Shown one piece after another: positions 49,101-58,310 of a stretch of DNA of 64,000 bases (the stretch's first letter is position 1; every line of letters starts with the position of its first letter). The DNA is from a virus: IMG/VR virus record IMGVR_UViG_3300042879_004726, positions 5,771 to 69,770 of that record. One strand, given 5' to 3'. A model generated the notes under the pieces. The model saw only the letters and a program-made list of their open reading frames with translations. It did no database searches and had not been told where the DNA came from. A program made the position numbers and the translations under genes.

Positions 49101-50675
49101 TTTATTTGTAGTCCCTACTCCGACAATAAAAGTTTGTGCTATTCCTATAGATCCTAAAGTTGAATATTGTTCAGTATTGGAAGATGATTGTTTAGAAAAT
49201 GTAACAGCAACACCGGAATTTATTTGAGAACTAATTGTACTTGATAAAGATACTATATTTGAACTTATATTTGTTATAGAAATATATCCTTGAGATGTGG
49301 ATTTGAAGTAATCATCTACTGTCAACCCCAAAACAGAGGATACACTAAGTTTATTTGTTCCAACTCCAGCAATTGCTGTAGTTTGTGTAGTCAGTATGTC
49401 AACATATCTGAATGCTTCTGATCTATAGACTACTTTTTCACCACTAACAAAAAAATGATTTGGAATGTAAATTAAATTATTATTTAAATCAACACCTTTT
49501 TGGTTTAATGTCGTATATTCCAAACTACCATCAAAAGTCTTTTGAAATATTGGATTAAACTTATGATTTAATGGAAAATCTTTTTTGAAATTAATATCAC
49601 TAGATTGAAATTTACTTGATCCAGTAGATAACTCTGCATTTTTAAAGTTTATAGAGTTTGGAAATGATGAAAATTCAACATATGAAGCAGAATGTTGAAG
49701 TAAAGTAATATCTACATTAATATTTGGTAATGGTGTAAATAAAAGTTCTAGATTTGAAGATAAATTTGAATCAAATGTTCCCAATGAGTTTTGATTATAA
49801 ACATTTCCATATTCAATTAGGTATGAATCTAAATTATTATTGAGTACAATTACTTCAGATAATTGTACTCTATTATTTGTTTTATCTGTAATTTGAACCA
49901 AAAAATATCCAAAATTATTATTTAAAGTTTGTGTTGCAATTATTGATGAAGATGGTGTAGGTGATGATGTTATGGAAACATTTTTAGATGCTATATCTGC
50001 ATATTTCAATGTTCTAGTTTCAGTAATATTGAAACTTGTATTGGCTATTGAAACAGCAATCACATTGCTTGTCAAAATCTCATTCACATTGGAATAAAAA
50101 ATTAAATCTAGATCAGTACCATTCGGAATAATTGAATATGTTCCAATTCCAACTTGATTTAAATATGAATTTGTTGATAATGTTATTCTACCATATTCAG
50201 AAAATGAAGTATTAGACCCATTTGTAACTAAATTTATCTCATTATATTCATAATTATTCCCAGTATCTGAAGATATTTCAATTAAAATTTTCGATGAAGT
50301 AAATGTTGATGGTATTTTATATAAAACAGAAGATGTTCCTATACCAATATTTGAATAATTTGATTTAATCTTTACACTATTTCCAAATGTATAATCATCA
50401 TAGTCAAAAATATTTTGTTTAGTATCGTAGGATATAAAATTGTAGGAGTATTCATTTCTCCCATCCAATGGAACAAACTCTAATGCCCCCTGGTCTTCGA
50501 CTTTAACTATATCAAAATTTCCAATTTCATCAAGGGTAAACATTTTACCATATTGGTTTGAATAAATTTCATTACCATCTGTTAAAATTGTAATGACTGA
50601 AGACTGTCTTCTATCCGAAAAACGGGTATCATTTACACCTAAAAATAATTTTTTTGATCTTACTTTGTCTACCAT
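46179..50675 (-). CDS. Virion structural protein; apparent C-terminal part of the gp7-like baseplate protein
   Basis: In frame with the upstream ORF (TAA AAA ATG); FQGRVFIRSG, LDDISSLFDG, INDVLQEPG repeats. Confidence 0.8.
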   Translation of the reverse strand: MVDKVRSKKLFLGVNDTRFSDRRQSSVITILTDGNEIYSNQYGKMFTLDEIGNFDIVKVEDQGALEFVPLDGRNEYSYNFISYDTKQNIFDYDDYTFGNSVKIKSNYSNIGIGTSSVLYKIPSTFTSSKILIEISSDTGNNYEYNEINLVTNGSNTSFSEYGRITLSTNSYLNQVGIGTYSIIPNGTDLDLIFYSNVNEILTSNVIAVSIANTSFNITETRTLKYADIASKNVSITSSPTPSSSIIATQTLNNNFGYFLVQITDKTNNRVQLSEVIVLNNNLDSYLIEYGNVYNQNSLGTFDSNLSSNLELLFTPLPNINVDITLLQHSASYVEFSSFPNSINFKNAELSTGSSKFQSSDINFKKDFPLNHKFNPIFQKTFDGSLEYTTLNQKGVDLNNNLIYIPNHFFVSGEKVVYRSEAFRYVDILTTQTTAIAGVGTNKLSVSSVLGLTVDDYFKSTSQGYISITNISSNIVSLSSTISSQINSGVAVTFSKQSSSNTEQYSTLGSIGIAQTFIVGVGTTNKLSGDLYVYKYDDKFIGFCTSSINALSAPPKLINLTSVGVGNNHFVTATNQNAKSIILIDNIIQSPIVSTSVTSLLLNNLSLSDTISYFSGITSFFAGDLIKIDDEIMKISSVGVGSTNYIAVLRPFMGTGLSTHNSNSLITKLKGNYNIIDNTLYFSDAPYGPVYDPINGDINIRSSFQGRVFIRSGISNSNQETYQNNYIFDDLSQNFNAVSKQFNLTSRNQNISGISSYNSIILVNNIFQNPEDDYNLSEISSQTKLNFTGTATSTLYDPNNSSVPRGGIIVSVGSSGGFGYQPLVSAGGTAIVSISGTIQSISIGNSGSGYRTGIQSIVRVGVQTFSSGTPKIQYIGTATVTNGNIVSVAITNPGTGYTSSNPPKVVFDAPLSYSDLSLIHTASSSGIGSQAKIDIVVGQGSSVIDFTIKNYGYSYSVGDILTVQSGGLTGIPTDTSKPFSQFSIRVDRIYNDSFSGWSIGELQKLDDISSLFDGNRKKFPISDNGNRFAIIAKKNSTIDLNSVLLIFINDVLQEPGVSYNFNGGSYIEFSEAPKSGSKSKIMFYKGTPNVDVIYTDILESIKTGDELRINSNDLNLSEEERAVTDIILPDTVNTIPYNSIGITSDLNLIRPVNWCKQRNDAVIDGVVVGKSRIIYEPSIFPVCNIIQSVGIGSTQIFVDTLKTIFDSKAENTTSDIISKVEIIENNNQSGAIGTAIVSIAGTIQSISIIDGGVGYTTSPSITIENPIGIGTTGKALAYSNISISTVSSVIISSSGFGYTFTNPPLVLIEPPKLKKELIKNVSYSGDFGIISGIRTTNVGFASTGLIFDLYIPQSYLRNSSVVTPTITQSQIKQDYYLKVSNTKVGFGVTSLRRNGSIIGIGTTGIDNIYQVISVSSASTDVYGVGNTAVTRVVVSVSNYNGLTGLGFSSYYGDYSWGLIETSSVSNQYTVNSNFGVVGLNSTPIVRRYNPLRYSNYNSI

Positions 50676-50678
50676 TTT

Positions 50679-53600
50679 TTATATGTAAAAGGATGTTACA
50701 AACGATTTGGATAATGATGTATTAAAATTAGTACTTATATCATCAATAGTTAAAACTCTATTACCAATTGATTCAAAATAATCCTGTAGTATTACTGAAT
50801 TAAATATTATTTCATCACTAGTTAAAGTGTCTTGGACATAAAAATAATTTTCAGAAACTAAATCATAATCATTTATACATTCAATATCAACTATACTATT
50901 TAAGTCAGATATAGAAGACAATAATCCTTCATTTTGGGTAGTTGAAATTCCAGATACCAATGGGATTGATTCCACAATCAAATCACTGAATTTTTTGAAT
51001 CCTAAGGTGTGATTTAAATTACTGACAGCATCATTCCATTCTTGAATTGAAATCTCAGATTTCAAAGAGTATGAAAAATTTTGATAATAATCATTATCTT
51101 GTATTCTTTGTGAGTTGTTGTTTAAAAACCCTGTATCTTTATTCCAATTGCCATTGACAATGGATGAAGAATCTATATTACAGAACGATTCATTTTTAAA
51201 TATATCTCTAATGAATGCTTGTGATTTTGATGTTGTTCCGGTAATTAATGAATTTATGTCAAAATCCTTTATAACTTCAACATTTAAATATTCATTTTCA
51301 GAATCCCATTTTAAAACTTTTCCCTTTGTATCACTACCTACAACTTCCTCACCATAGATAAAATAATTTTTTGATAGATTTACTTTAAACTTAGGGAAGT
51401 GATTTTCAGATATAATTCTTCCGGATGAATTTTGAGAATCAAATATTCCAGTATTTTCTGTAGATTCAATATAATTTTCTAAAGAGTATGTAATTGCAGA
51501 TCCAGAACCTCCCAGATTTGTATTAACTCCAACTATAGGAAAAACTGCATAATTATAATTTTTAGAATTAAATCCTTTATCTGATGAATTTACAACAGAA
51601 ACTCCTTCAACAAAAACATTTTCTCCAACTGAAAATGGAAATGTTCCAGGATCACTAAATTGCTTAGTGAAGAAAGCAGTAACTATTTTTGTTGATGAGT
51701 TATATGATATTGAGCTTATTCCAAGTCCATTTGAATTGTTTATGGGAATTACTCTTGGAGTTACATTGTAAAGACCTTTTGTATTTTTAATAATATTGAT
51801 TTTGGAGTTGATTATATCATAATCCAAATAAACATCATTGACTACATTATCTGTAAAACCATCAATAACAATTAAATTTGGTTTTGTAATGTAATTTATT
51901 CCTGGGAAAAGTACCTCAATAGATTCTATTGTGGATAGAGGTTCGACTCTAATAATAGAAGGAAACTTAACAATTGGTTTTAATGTTTTATCGATTGGAT
52001 AATCATATCCAATATCATTTATATCACACTTATTAATTTTTCCTATAGATTTACTTTGTGGAATTAAAATTGCACCAGTTCCATATATGGAAGAAATCGA
52101 TGAAATTGAAGGTAATTTTTCATAGAGTGTTCCTTCGGATGTAATTTTAACAGATTCTATTTCTCCAGTTTCTGATGTTGAATTTGTATAGTATCTAAAA
52201 TCTCCACTTAGAGAAGAATAATTAATATTTTCAAGATAATTATTTTGAAAGCTGAAGCTATTGGATGTTATTCCTGAAATTGTTTTGGAACCATTCAAAT
52301 TACTGTTTATGAAAACAATTTTATTACTTTCTATTGAATCTTCATCAGATTCTAGATGTAATGTTTCTGCATTTTGAATGATTTTTGGTATCAAGTTATA
52401 GTAAATAAAGTTAGGAAATTCAGAATCTACCTTAAATTTAAGATTAGCATTAGAACTAATTCCAATATTTCCAGTTTTATTAATTTTTGAAGTTCCATCA
52501 GAATTTATTGGAAAAAATATTGTTTGAAAGTTTTTATCTGAAAATAAATTGAAATCAAATGCAGAAGTATTTCCAGAGCCTATCAATGGAGAAGATAGAG
52601 ATGAATCTGATAAATCAAAAATTACGTTTTGATTTTTAATAATTTTTACTTTTGGATTTATCTGGGATAAAGTCCCTGCAGAAGAACTTGTGATACTGAT
52701 TGCCAATTTATCTTTTCTTGTGGCATTGTAATATGAATTAGAAAGCCTAATTCGGTTTTCATCATAAACAATAGCATAATATATTCCTTGATTTTCCAAT
52801 CCAATAGAAGGTGTGGAGGAAGTATAGATTAATTTTTCTCCAGTAGTATAATTATGTCCATTGATTACAATCAAGTTATTAACCGTATCTATAGATGAAA
52901 TAGATCTTGGATTAATAATCATTCTATTATGATAATCATTATATCTTACTACTATTGTAGTTGAAATTCCAGGAAATGCTTCAATTACAACTGAATCATT
53001 TAAACTTAATTTATGAGTAGATGCTGTGGATACTGTTATAGTATTTTTTACTATATTTCCTTTTGATACATTATTATAATTTGTAGTGAAACTATGATAA
53101 TTTCCAGTTCCAATATTGGTAAAAAATAAAGTAGATGCAGTTTGTGATATACCTACAAATTCTCCCGTTGTTCCAAGTCCAACTTTAACTGTTGATATTC
53201 CAACTAGATCATTTGATAGTTTTGCAGCATAGACAATACTATTATTTGAAAGTGTAAAGTTAGTAATTCCATTTGTTACTGTTATTCCAATTCCACTATT
53301 TGTATTATATATTAATTGATCTCCAGTTTCTAACTTATGGTCTTTTAAATATATTGATTTTGTTGGTACTATAATACTAGTTTGTCCTACTCCGGGATTT
53401 GAGATTGTTATTGTATATCCAATACCAGCTATTGTTCCTATACCAAGAGATTCTTTTGGATCAAAATATAGTTGAGTATTCAATTTATAATTTTTATTTT
53501 TTAAATCAGTATTTAAATTGATATAGAATTTTCTGGGTCTTTCATATAGATATGAGTATGCGGAATGTGCAGAAGAAACTGTTAGATTTTGGTTTCTTAA

Positions 53601-56600
53601 AACTCTAATTCTAGATGAATCCTTATCAATATTCAGAACTTTAATATCTTCAGAATCAATTCTTAAAATGTCATTTTCTCTTATTGATGGAAAATCGAGA
53701 ATTCCTGAAACATAAAAATAAGTAACAATTCCAGTTACTGATGTATCTGCTACACCAACACTAAGTATTAAAGATTCTGATCTTATCCCAATATTAAAAC
53801 CTCCCTGCACCGATGAGTCATAATCAGATAAAGAATTAATGAAAATATAATCATTATCTTGAAAATTATGAATATTACTAGAAAATCCGATCAATCTATT
53901 TGAAGATGATGATGGATAAAATTCAACATCACTTGTAACTCTAGATGTTTGAGATATTCCACTAATAGTTTTTCCTTTTATATAATTAACTTTAGCCGAT
54001 ACCCCATTTCCTCTACTATTGAGATTATTGAATATCAATCTGTCACCAATTTTATAATTATTTCCACCTGAAACTATTTTTACAGAGTCTATTGATCCTT
54101 TTTTTGTACTTCTTATTTTTATTTTTTGATCTGATAATTGTGATAGCTTTAATATATGGTCATATGCTGAATTTTCACTTAAAGTATTACACGGATTTGT
54201 ATTTCTAATATAATTTGGATTATTTAAATCATATAAATCTTGATTTGATTTTACATCCAAATTAAATTCTATCGGCTTAGATTTAAATGTATTTCCTATA
54301 ATATATGGGAATGTAGGTTCCTTTACACTTCCTAATGTTTTTATAGGATCTACTGTCATAAAATATGCATAAGTTCCATTTGGATATTCTGGAGTAACAC
54401 AAAATCTTCCATTATGTTCGTCTAAATCTCCACTATCAGTAAAAATATAGTCTTCTACAAAAAATCCTGCAGGAAAAATATTTTTATTTGGTCTATTTTG
54501 CTGATTATCTTCCGGTGCTTTGTAACCAGAAGATAATCGTTTTACTTTTTTATTTGTCGGTGAAATATAACCATATGGTCCATAAATTGGATTTCCATCA
54601 TATGCCCAACCAATAAGAGGTGAGTGGTATTTTATTTGATTGTCATCTTTATCATTCTCAGCATCACTTCTATAATTTACTAATCCACCTGAAATAAATT
54701 CCGTATATACTCTATCTCTTAGAGATCTAGGAGCATATAAGTGAGTATATTGATTTCCATATTCTGAATTATTTCCTTCATATACAATACCATCATCATC
54801 AATAGATGATTTTTTGTAGTCTATTATTCTTGAGAAATTATTAATATTCCAAACTTCAGGGTAAAATTTTAATTTACATCCCTCTCCAGAAGTTAATACA
54901 TCTATTGATGTATTTTTTTTCTCATAATTAATTCCCCCATTTATAACCTTTACGTCTACAATTTTTCCATTTTCTATGACTGCTGTTAATTTAGATCCTA
55001 TTCCAAATCCTCTGACAGCTAAATCTGGAGGAGAATTATAATCATCACCAGGATTATTAATAACCACACTTACTATTTTTCCATTTGAAACAATAGGAGT
55101 CAAAATAGCATTTGAACCCATATTTAAATTATAGTCTGGTTGTTTGTTGAAATTAATAATTTCAGATGAACCATAACCAACACCACCTTCATATGAAAAT
55201 ACTGAGGTTATTTTTCCCCTAAAAACTGGTTGTACTTTTGCAGATAAATCAATAGATGATACTGTAGAAATTCCCAATTTACCAGTAACTTTTACTTCAA
55301 TTGGCTCATAGTTAAATATATGATTACCTACACCATTTGATTTTAAATCTACATATTGGTTTGTTCTATAATAAAAGTCTCTTGAAGTGGAACCAACTCC
55401 AACTTGAGATAATTTAAACGAAGTCTCATCGACTTTTGTTATATAATAACTTCCTGTAGATAATCCACTTATATTAGTTGTTCCACCGTAATAATATATA
55501 ATGTCACCATCAACATAAGGAATTTGCTCAGAGTTTATAGTATTATTTGTCGTGTTTATTCCTGATGATGGAATTGATATTTTCTTATTCTTATAATCAC
55601 TTCCTTCACTTTCAATTACAATAGAATCAATTTTTTTCTTTTTGTTTGTGGAATTAAATCTATGATTTCCAACTCCAAACGATGTTATGTTTATTGTGTT
55701 AATACCTACAATTGATTCGTTGTAAGATTTATGTAGTTTTATTCTGTTATCATCTATTACTTTGACAAAATATTTTGCATCAGTATTTAATCCACCAATT
55801 GGTTGATTATTTGATGTTTGATAGATTACAGATTCACCATCTCTAAATTTATGAGATGTTGAGAATCCAATAACATCATTAGATAATGAAATATTCGAAT
55901 TTGATGATGATGAATTAAAATCTATAAAATGTTCATATGAAACCATCTTTACAAACGCTTTTGCTCCAAATCCACCACCACCAGATATAGTAATTAATGG
56001 AGTATCAATATAATCAAATCCACCATCTATAATGTTAATTTTATTCAGAGAACCCTCTACTCCACAGTAACCCCTTGCTGTTGATCCAATCGAAGAAGAG
56101 ATTTCAAGACTAGGGGGATTTATGACATCATAATTATTTCCTGGAGATAATACTTCTATTGATTTAATTGGACCATAATGAACAAAATCATTTGATTTAT
56201 AATTTAAAATTTCAACACCATTAATTAAAATTCCAGTTGTTCCTGTTGGCGTTTTATAAGTGTTACCATCGTTTATGGGACTTTTTATTACTCTAACAAG
56301 TCTTTGGGAATCTATAGAATCATTCTCTTTTGATAATCTTAATAAAGATATAGTATTATTTGATGAAATATCTAAATTAGTTGCACCTATACTGACAAAT
56401 TTCTCACTTTCAATGTCATATTTACTCCTAGAGAGTTTTAATTGAGATTGAGAACCATTAATTTTTTTAACATAATATACACCAGAAGAAATACCAAGAC
56501 TTTGATTAGAATTTTCAAATTTATATTCTATTTCATCACCAGTAATAAATCCGTGATTCTGAATGTCTATAGTATCTCCAGAAAATAATCCACTCAAAGT

Positions 56601-58307
56601 ATACTTGAATGTTTTTAATGTATCTGGAGTAAGATAAGATGGTAATGATGATGATGTAATAAAAATTTCATCCTCATTTAAATTTTTGTATACGTTTAAA
56701 ACATCAGTTACATACTTATTTGAATATTTTCGTATTAATCTTTTAACTGAAAATATATTTGATATACTAATTCCATTTGTGGTGATTTTAAATGTTTTTC
56801 TTGGTATACTACCAGATGGAATTAACGCCTGAGATATTAAAGTTTCTCTACTTCCATTAGTTTGATTTAAATATTCTATTTCAACAGAATCTCCAGAATA
56901 AATTCCATTATCATCATATGTTTCTATATTATATGTAAAATTTCCATCTGGAGTAAAATTTTTAACATTACATCTTACAGTTTTATTAAAAATCCAATTA
57001 TTATCTTTAAATGAATTTTCATTATACCCAAGAGTTATAATTCTTCCAGTATCATCTTTTTGATAATAAAAAGTATTATCTGGCAATTCAATATCAGATA
57101 AAACACCATTAATTCTAAATTTTATTTTTTGCTTTATACCATTTATCTTTGAATAACCATATGCGTATACATTTTCATAAATCTCTGTTCCTGAAGTAAA
57201 GTTTTCTACAATTCCAGAACAATTTAAAAATTGATTAACAGTTTTTCCATTATATGTAACTAAAATATAATCAGAACTACCTTTGATTGATAGAGTTCCA
57301 GATGAAGAAAAACCTAAAGTTGAATCTACAATTATTGTATCTGAATTGATTATTAAATCATCAATAATTTTAGTTTTTGGGTGAATTTTTAATTCACCAA
57401 AAATTGAACCAGAAACACTAATATCTTTATCAAAATCATAGTCCAACTTTAGAATATAATATTCTTTTTCATTTTTTATTAATTTCTCAATAGCTACAAC
57501 AGTTCCAAACGATTTTGGAATATTTTCATATTTGTCTTGGAATATTGTTTTATTTTTTAATAATTCAACATCACCTTCTATTGACTCTACAACAATATTC
57601 CTTGTTACTCTATATTCTGCATTTGAAGGCTTTATTAAATAATCTTTTGGTAAAATGACATCAACATTTTTACCATATAGAACACGAAATAAAATCTCAA
57701 AAGACCTGTCAGTTCCTTTTGATGTATAAAAATCTTTTGATTGTTTTAAAAATATATTTTCATTTAGATTTTCGTATAGTTCTCTTCCATCAAATCCAGG
57801 TAAAAATTGTTTTTTAGTCTTCAGAAAAAATTCTTTTAGAAATAAAGAACTTAAATTTACAACTAATGTCTCTGAAATATGACTTTCTCTTTCCGTAGCA
57901 CTGAAAGAGAAATCTTCAGTATTCCCTACTGAAAATTCAGTTATACCACTAAATCCCCTAACACATTCATTGAATGATGTTAAAGTCTTAGATTTGTAAA
58001 GAATAATCTCATTGTCAATATAAATCAATCCATATGTATTTGGAAAACCTTCAGTATTGTCTACATAAATGACATCATCTATCAAATCAATGTCCGATGT
58101 AAGAGTTGTATTTTCTACTAAATTTGATAAATTATTTACTTTTACATATTGATCAATATTTTGTAATAAATCATATGAAGAACCTTTAGATTCTAATGAT
58201 CTATAGTATTCAGTAAGAAGTTCTGCAACAAGAGGATAGTCATCTCTTACAAAAAGGGGAAGCTGACTTTCTACAATAGAACTAATTTTAATTCTAGTAT
58301 TTTCCAT
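50679..58307 (-). CDS. gp7: Baseplate wedge initiator (gp7-like), N-terminal part
   Basis: Follows gp6; KDFYTSKGT..SF.ILF..LYG, HSPLIGWAYDGNPIYGPYG, YYQNFSYSLKS, NHTLGFKKFSDL. Confidence 0.82.
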   Translation of the reverse strand: MENTRIKISSIVESQLPLFVRDDYPLVAELLTEYYRSLESKGSSYDLLQNIDQYVKVNNLSNLVENTTLTSDIDLIDDVIYVDNTEGFPNTYGLIYIDNEIILYKSKTLTSFNECVRGFSGITEFSVGNTEDFSFSATERESHISETLVVNLSSLFLKEFFLKTKKQFLPGFDGRELYENLNENIFLKQSKDFYTSKGTDRSFEILFRVLYGKNVDVILPKDYLIKPSNAEYRVTRNIVVESIEGDVELLKNKTIFQDKYENIPKSFGTVVAIEKLIKNEKEYYILKLDYDFDKDISVSGSIFGELKIHPKTKIIDDLIINSDTIIVDSTLGFSSSGTLSIKGSSDYILVTYNGKTVNQFLNCSGIVENFTSGTEIYENVYAYGYSKINGIKQKIKFRINGVLSDIELPDNTFYYQKDDTGRIITLGYNENSFKDNNWIFNKTVRCNVKNFTPDGNFTYNIETYDDNGIYSGDSVEIEYLNQTNGSRETLISQALIPSGSIPRKTFKITTNGISISNIFSVKRLIRKYSNKYVTDVLNVYKNLNEDEIFITSSSLPSYLTPDTLKTFKYTLSGLFSGDTIDIQNHGFITGDEIEYKFENSNQSLGISSGVYYVKKINGSQSQLKLSRSKYDIESEKFVSIGATNLDISSNNTISLLRLSKENDSIDSQRLVRVIKSPINDGNTYKTPTGTTGILINGVEILNYKSNDFVHYGPIKSIEVLSPGNNYDVINPPSLEISSSIGSTARGYCGVEGSLNKINIIDGGFDYIDTPLITISGGGGFGAKAFVKMVSYEHFIDFNSSSSNSNISLSNDVIGFSTSHKFRDGESVIYQTSNNQPIGGLNTDAKYFVKVIDDNRIKLHKSYNESIVGINTINITSFGVGNHRFNSTNKKKKIDSIVIESEGSDYKNKKISIPSSGINTTNNTINSEQIPYVDGDIIYYYGGTTNISGLSTGSYYITKVDETSFKLSQVGVGSTSRDFYYRTNQYVDLKSNGVGNHIFNYEPIEVKVTGKLGISTVSSIDLSAKVQPVFRGKITSVFSYEGGVGYGSSEIINFNKQPDYNLNMGSNAILTPIVSNGKIVSVVINNPGDDYNSPPDLAVRGFGIGSKLTAVIENGKIVDVKVINGGINYEKKNTSIDVLTSGEGCKLKFYPEVWNINNFSRIIDYKKSSIDDDGIVYEGNNSEYGNQYTHLYAPRSLRDRVYTEFISGGLVNYRSDAENDKDDNQIKYHSPLIGWAYDGNPIYGPYGYISPTNKKVKRLSSGYKAPEDNQQNRPNKNIFPAGFFVEDYIFTDSGDLDEHNGRFCVTPEYPNGTYAYFMTVDPIKTLGSVKEPTFPYIIGNTFKSKPIEFNLDVKSNQDLYDLNNPNYIRNTNPCNTLSENSAYDHILKLSQLSDQKIKIRSTKKGSIDSVKIVSGGNNYKIGDRLIFNNLNSRGNGVSAKVNYIKGKTISGISQTSRVTSDVEFYPSSSSNRLIGFSSNIHNFQDNDYIFINSLSDYDSSVQGGFNIGIRSESLILSVGVADTSVTGIVTYFYVSGILDFPSIRENDILRIDSEDIKVLNIDKDSSRIRVLRNQNLTVSSAHSAYSYLYERPRKFYINLNTDLKNKNYKLNTQLYFDPKESLGIGTIAGIGYTITISNPGVGQTSIIVPTKSIYLKDHKLETGDQLIYNTNSGIGITVTNGITNFTLSNNSIVYAAKLSNDLVGISTVKVGLGTTGEFVGISQTASTLFFTNIGTGNYHSFTTNYNNVSKGNIVKNTITVSTASTHKLSLNDSVVIEAFPGISTTIVVRYNDYHNRMIINPRSISSIDTVNNLIVINGHNYTTGEKLIYTSSTPSIGLENQGIYYAIVYDENRIRLSNSYYNATRKDKLAISITSSSAGTLSQINPKVKIIKNQNVIFDLSDSSLSSPLIGSGNTSAFDFNLFSDKNFQTIFFPINSDGTSKINKTGNIGISSNANLKFKVDSEFPNFIYYNLIPKIIQNAETLHLESDEDSIESNKIVFINSNLNGSKTISGITSNSFSFQNNYLENINYSSLSGDFRYYTNSTSETGEIESVKITSEGTLYEKLPSISSISSIYGTGAILIPQSKSIGKINKCDINDIGYDYPIDKTLKPIVKFPSIIRVEPLSTIESIEVLFPGINYITKPNLIVIDGFTDNVVNDVYLDYDIINSKINIIKNTKGLYNVTPRVIPINNSNGLGISSISYNSSTKIVTAFFTKQFSDPGTFPFSVGENVFVEGVSVVNSSDKGFNSKNYNYAVFPIVGVNTNLGGSGSAITYSLENYIESTENTGIFDSQNSSGRIISENHFPKFKVNLSKNYFIYGEEVVGSDTKGKVLKWDSENEYLNVEVIKDFDINSLITGTTSKSQAFIRDIFKNESFCNIDSSSIVNGNWNKDTGFLNNNSQRIQDNDYYQNFSYSLKSEISIQEWNDAVSNLNHTLGFKKFSDLIVESIPLVSGISTTQNEGLLSSISDLNSIVDIECINDYDLVSENYFYVQDTLTSDEIIFNSVILQDYFESIGNRVLTIDDISTNFNTSLSKSFVTSFYI

Positions 58308-58310
58308 ATA

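Noticed and set aside
50676-50681. Genome-wide stop-codon reassignment as the explanation for the gp7 break
   Set aside because: TAA, TAG and TGA all end conserved genes at the expected positions elsewhere in the window
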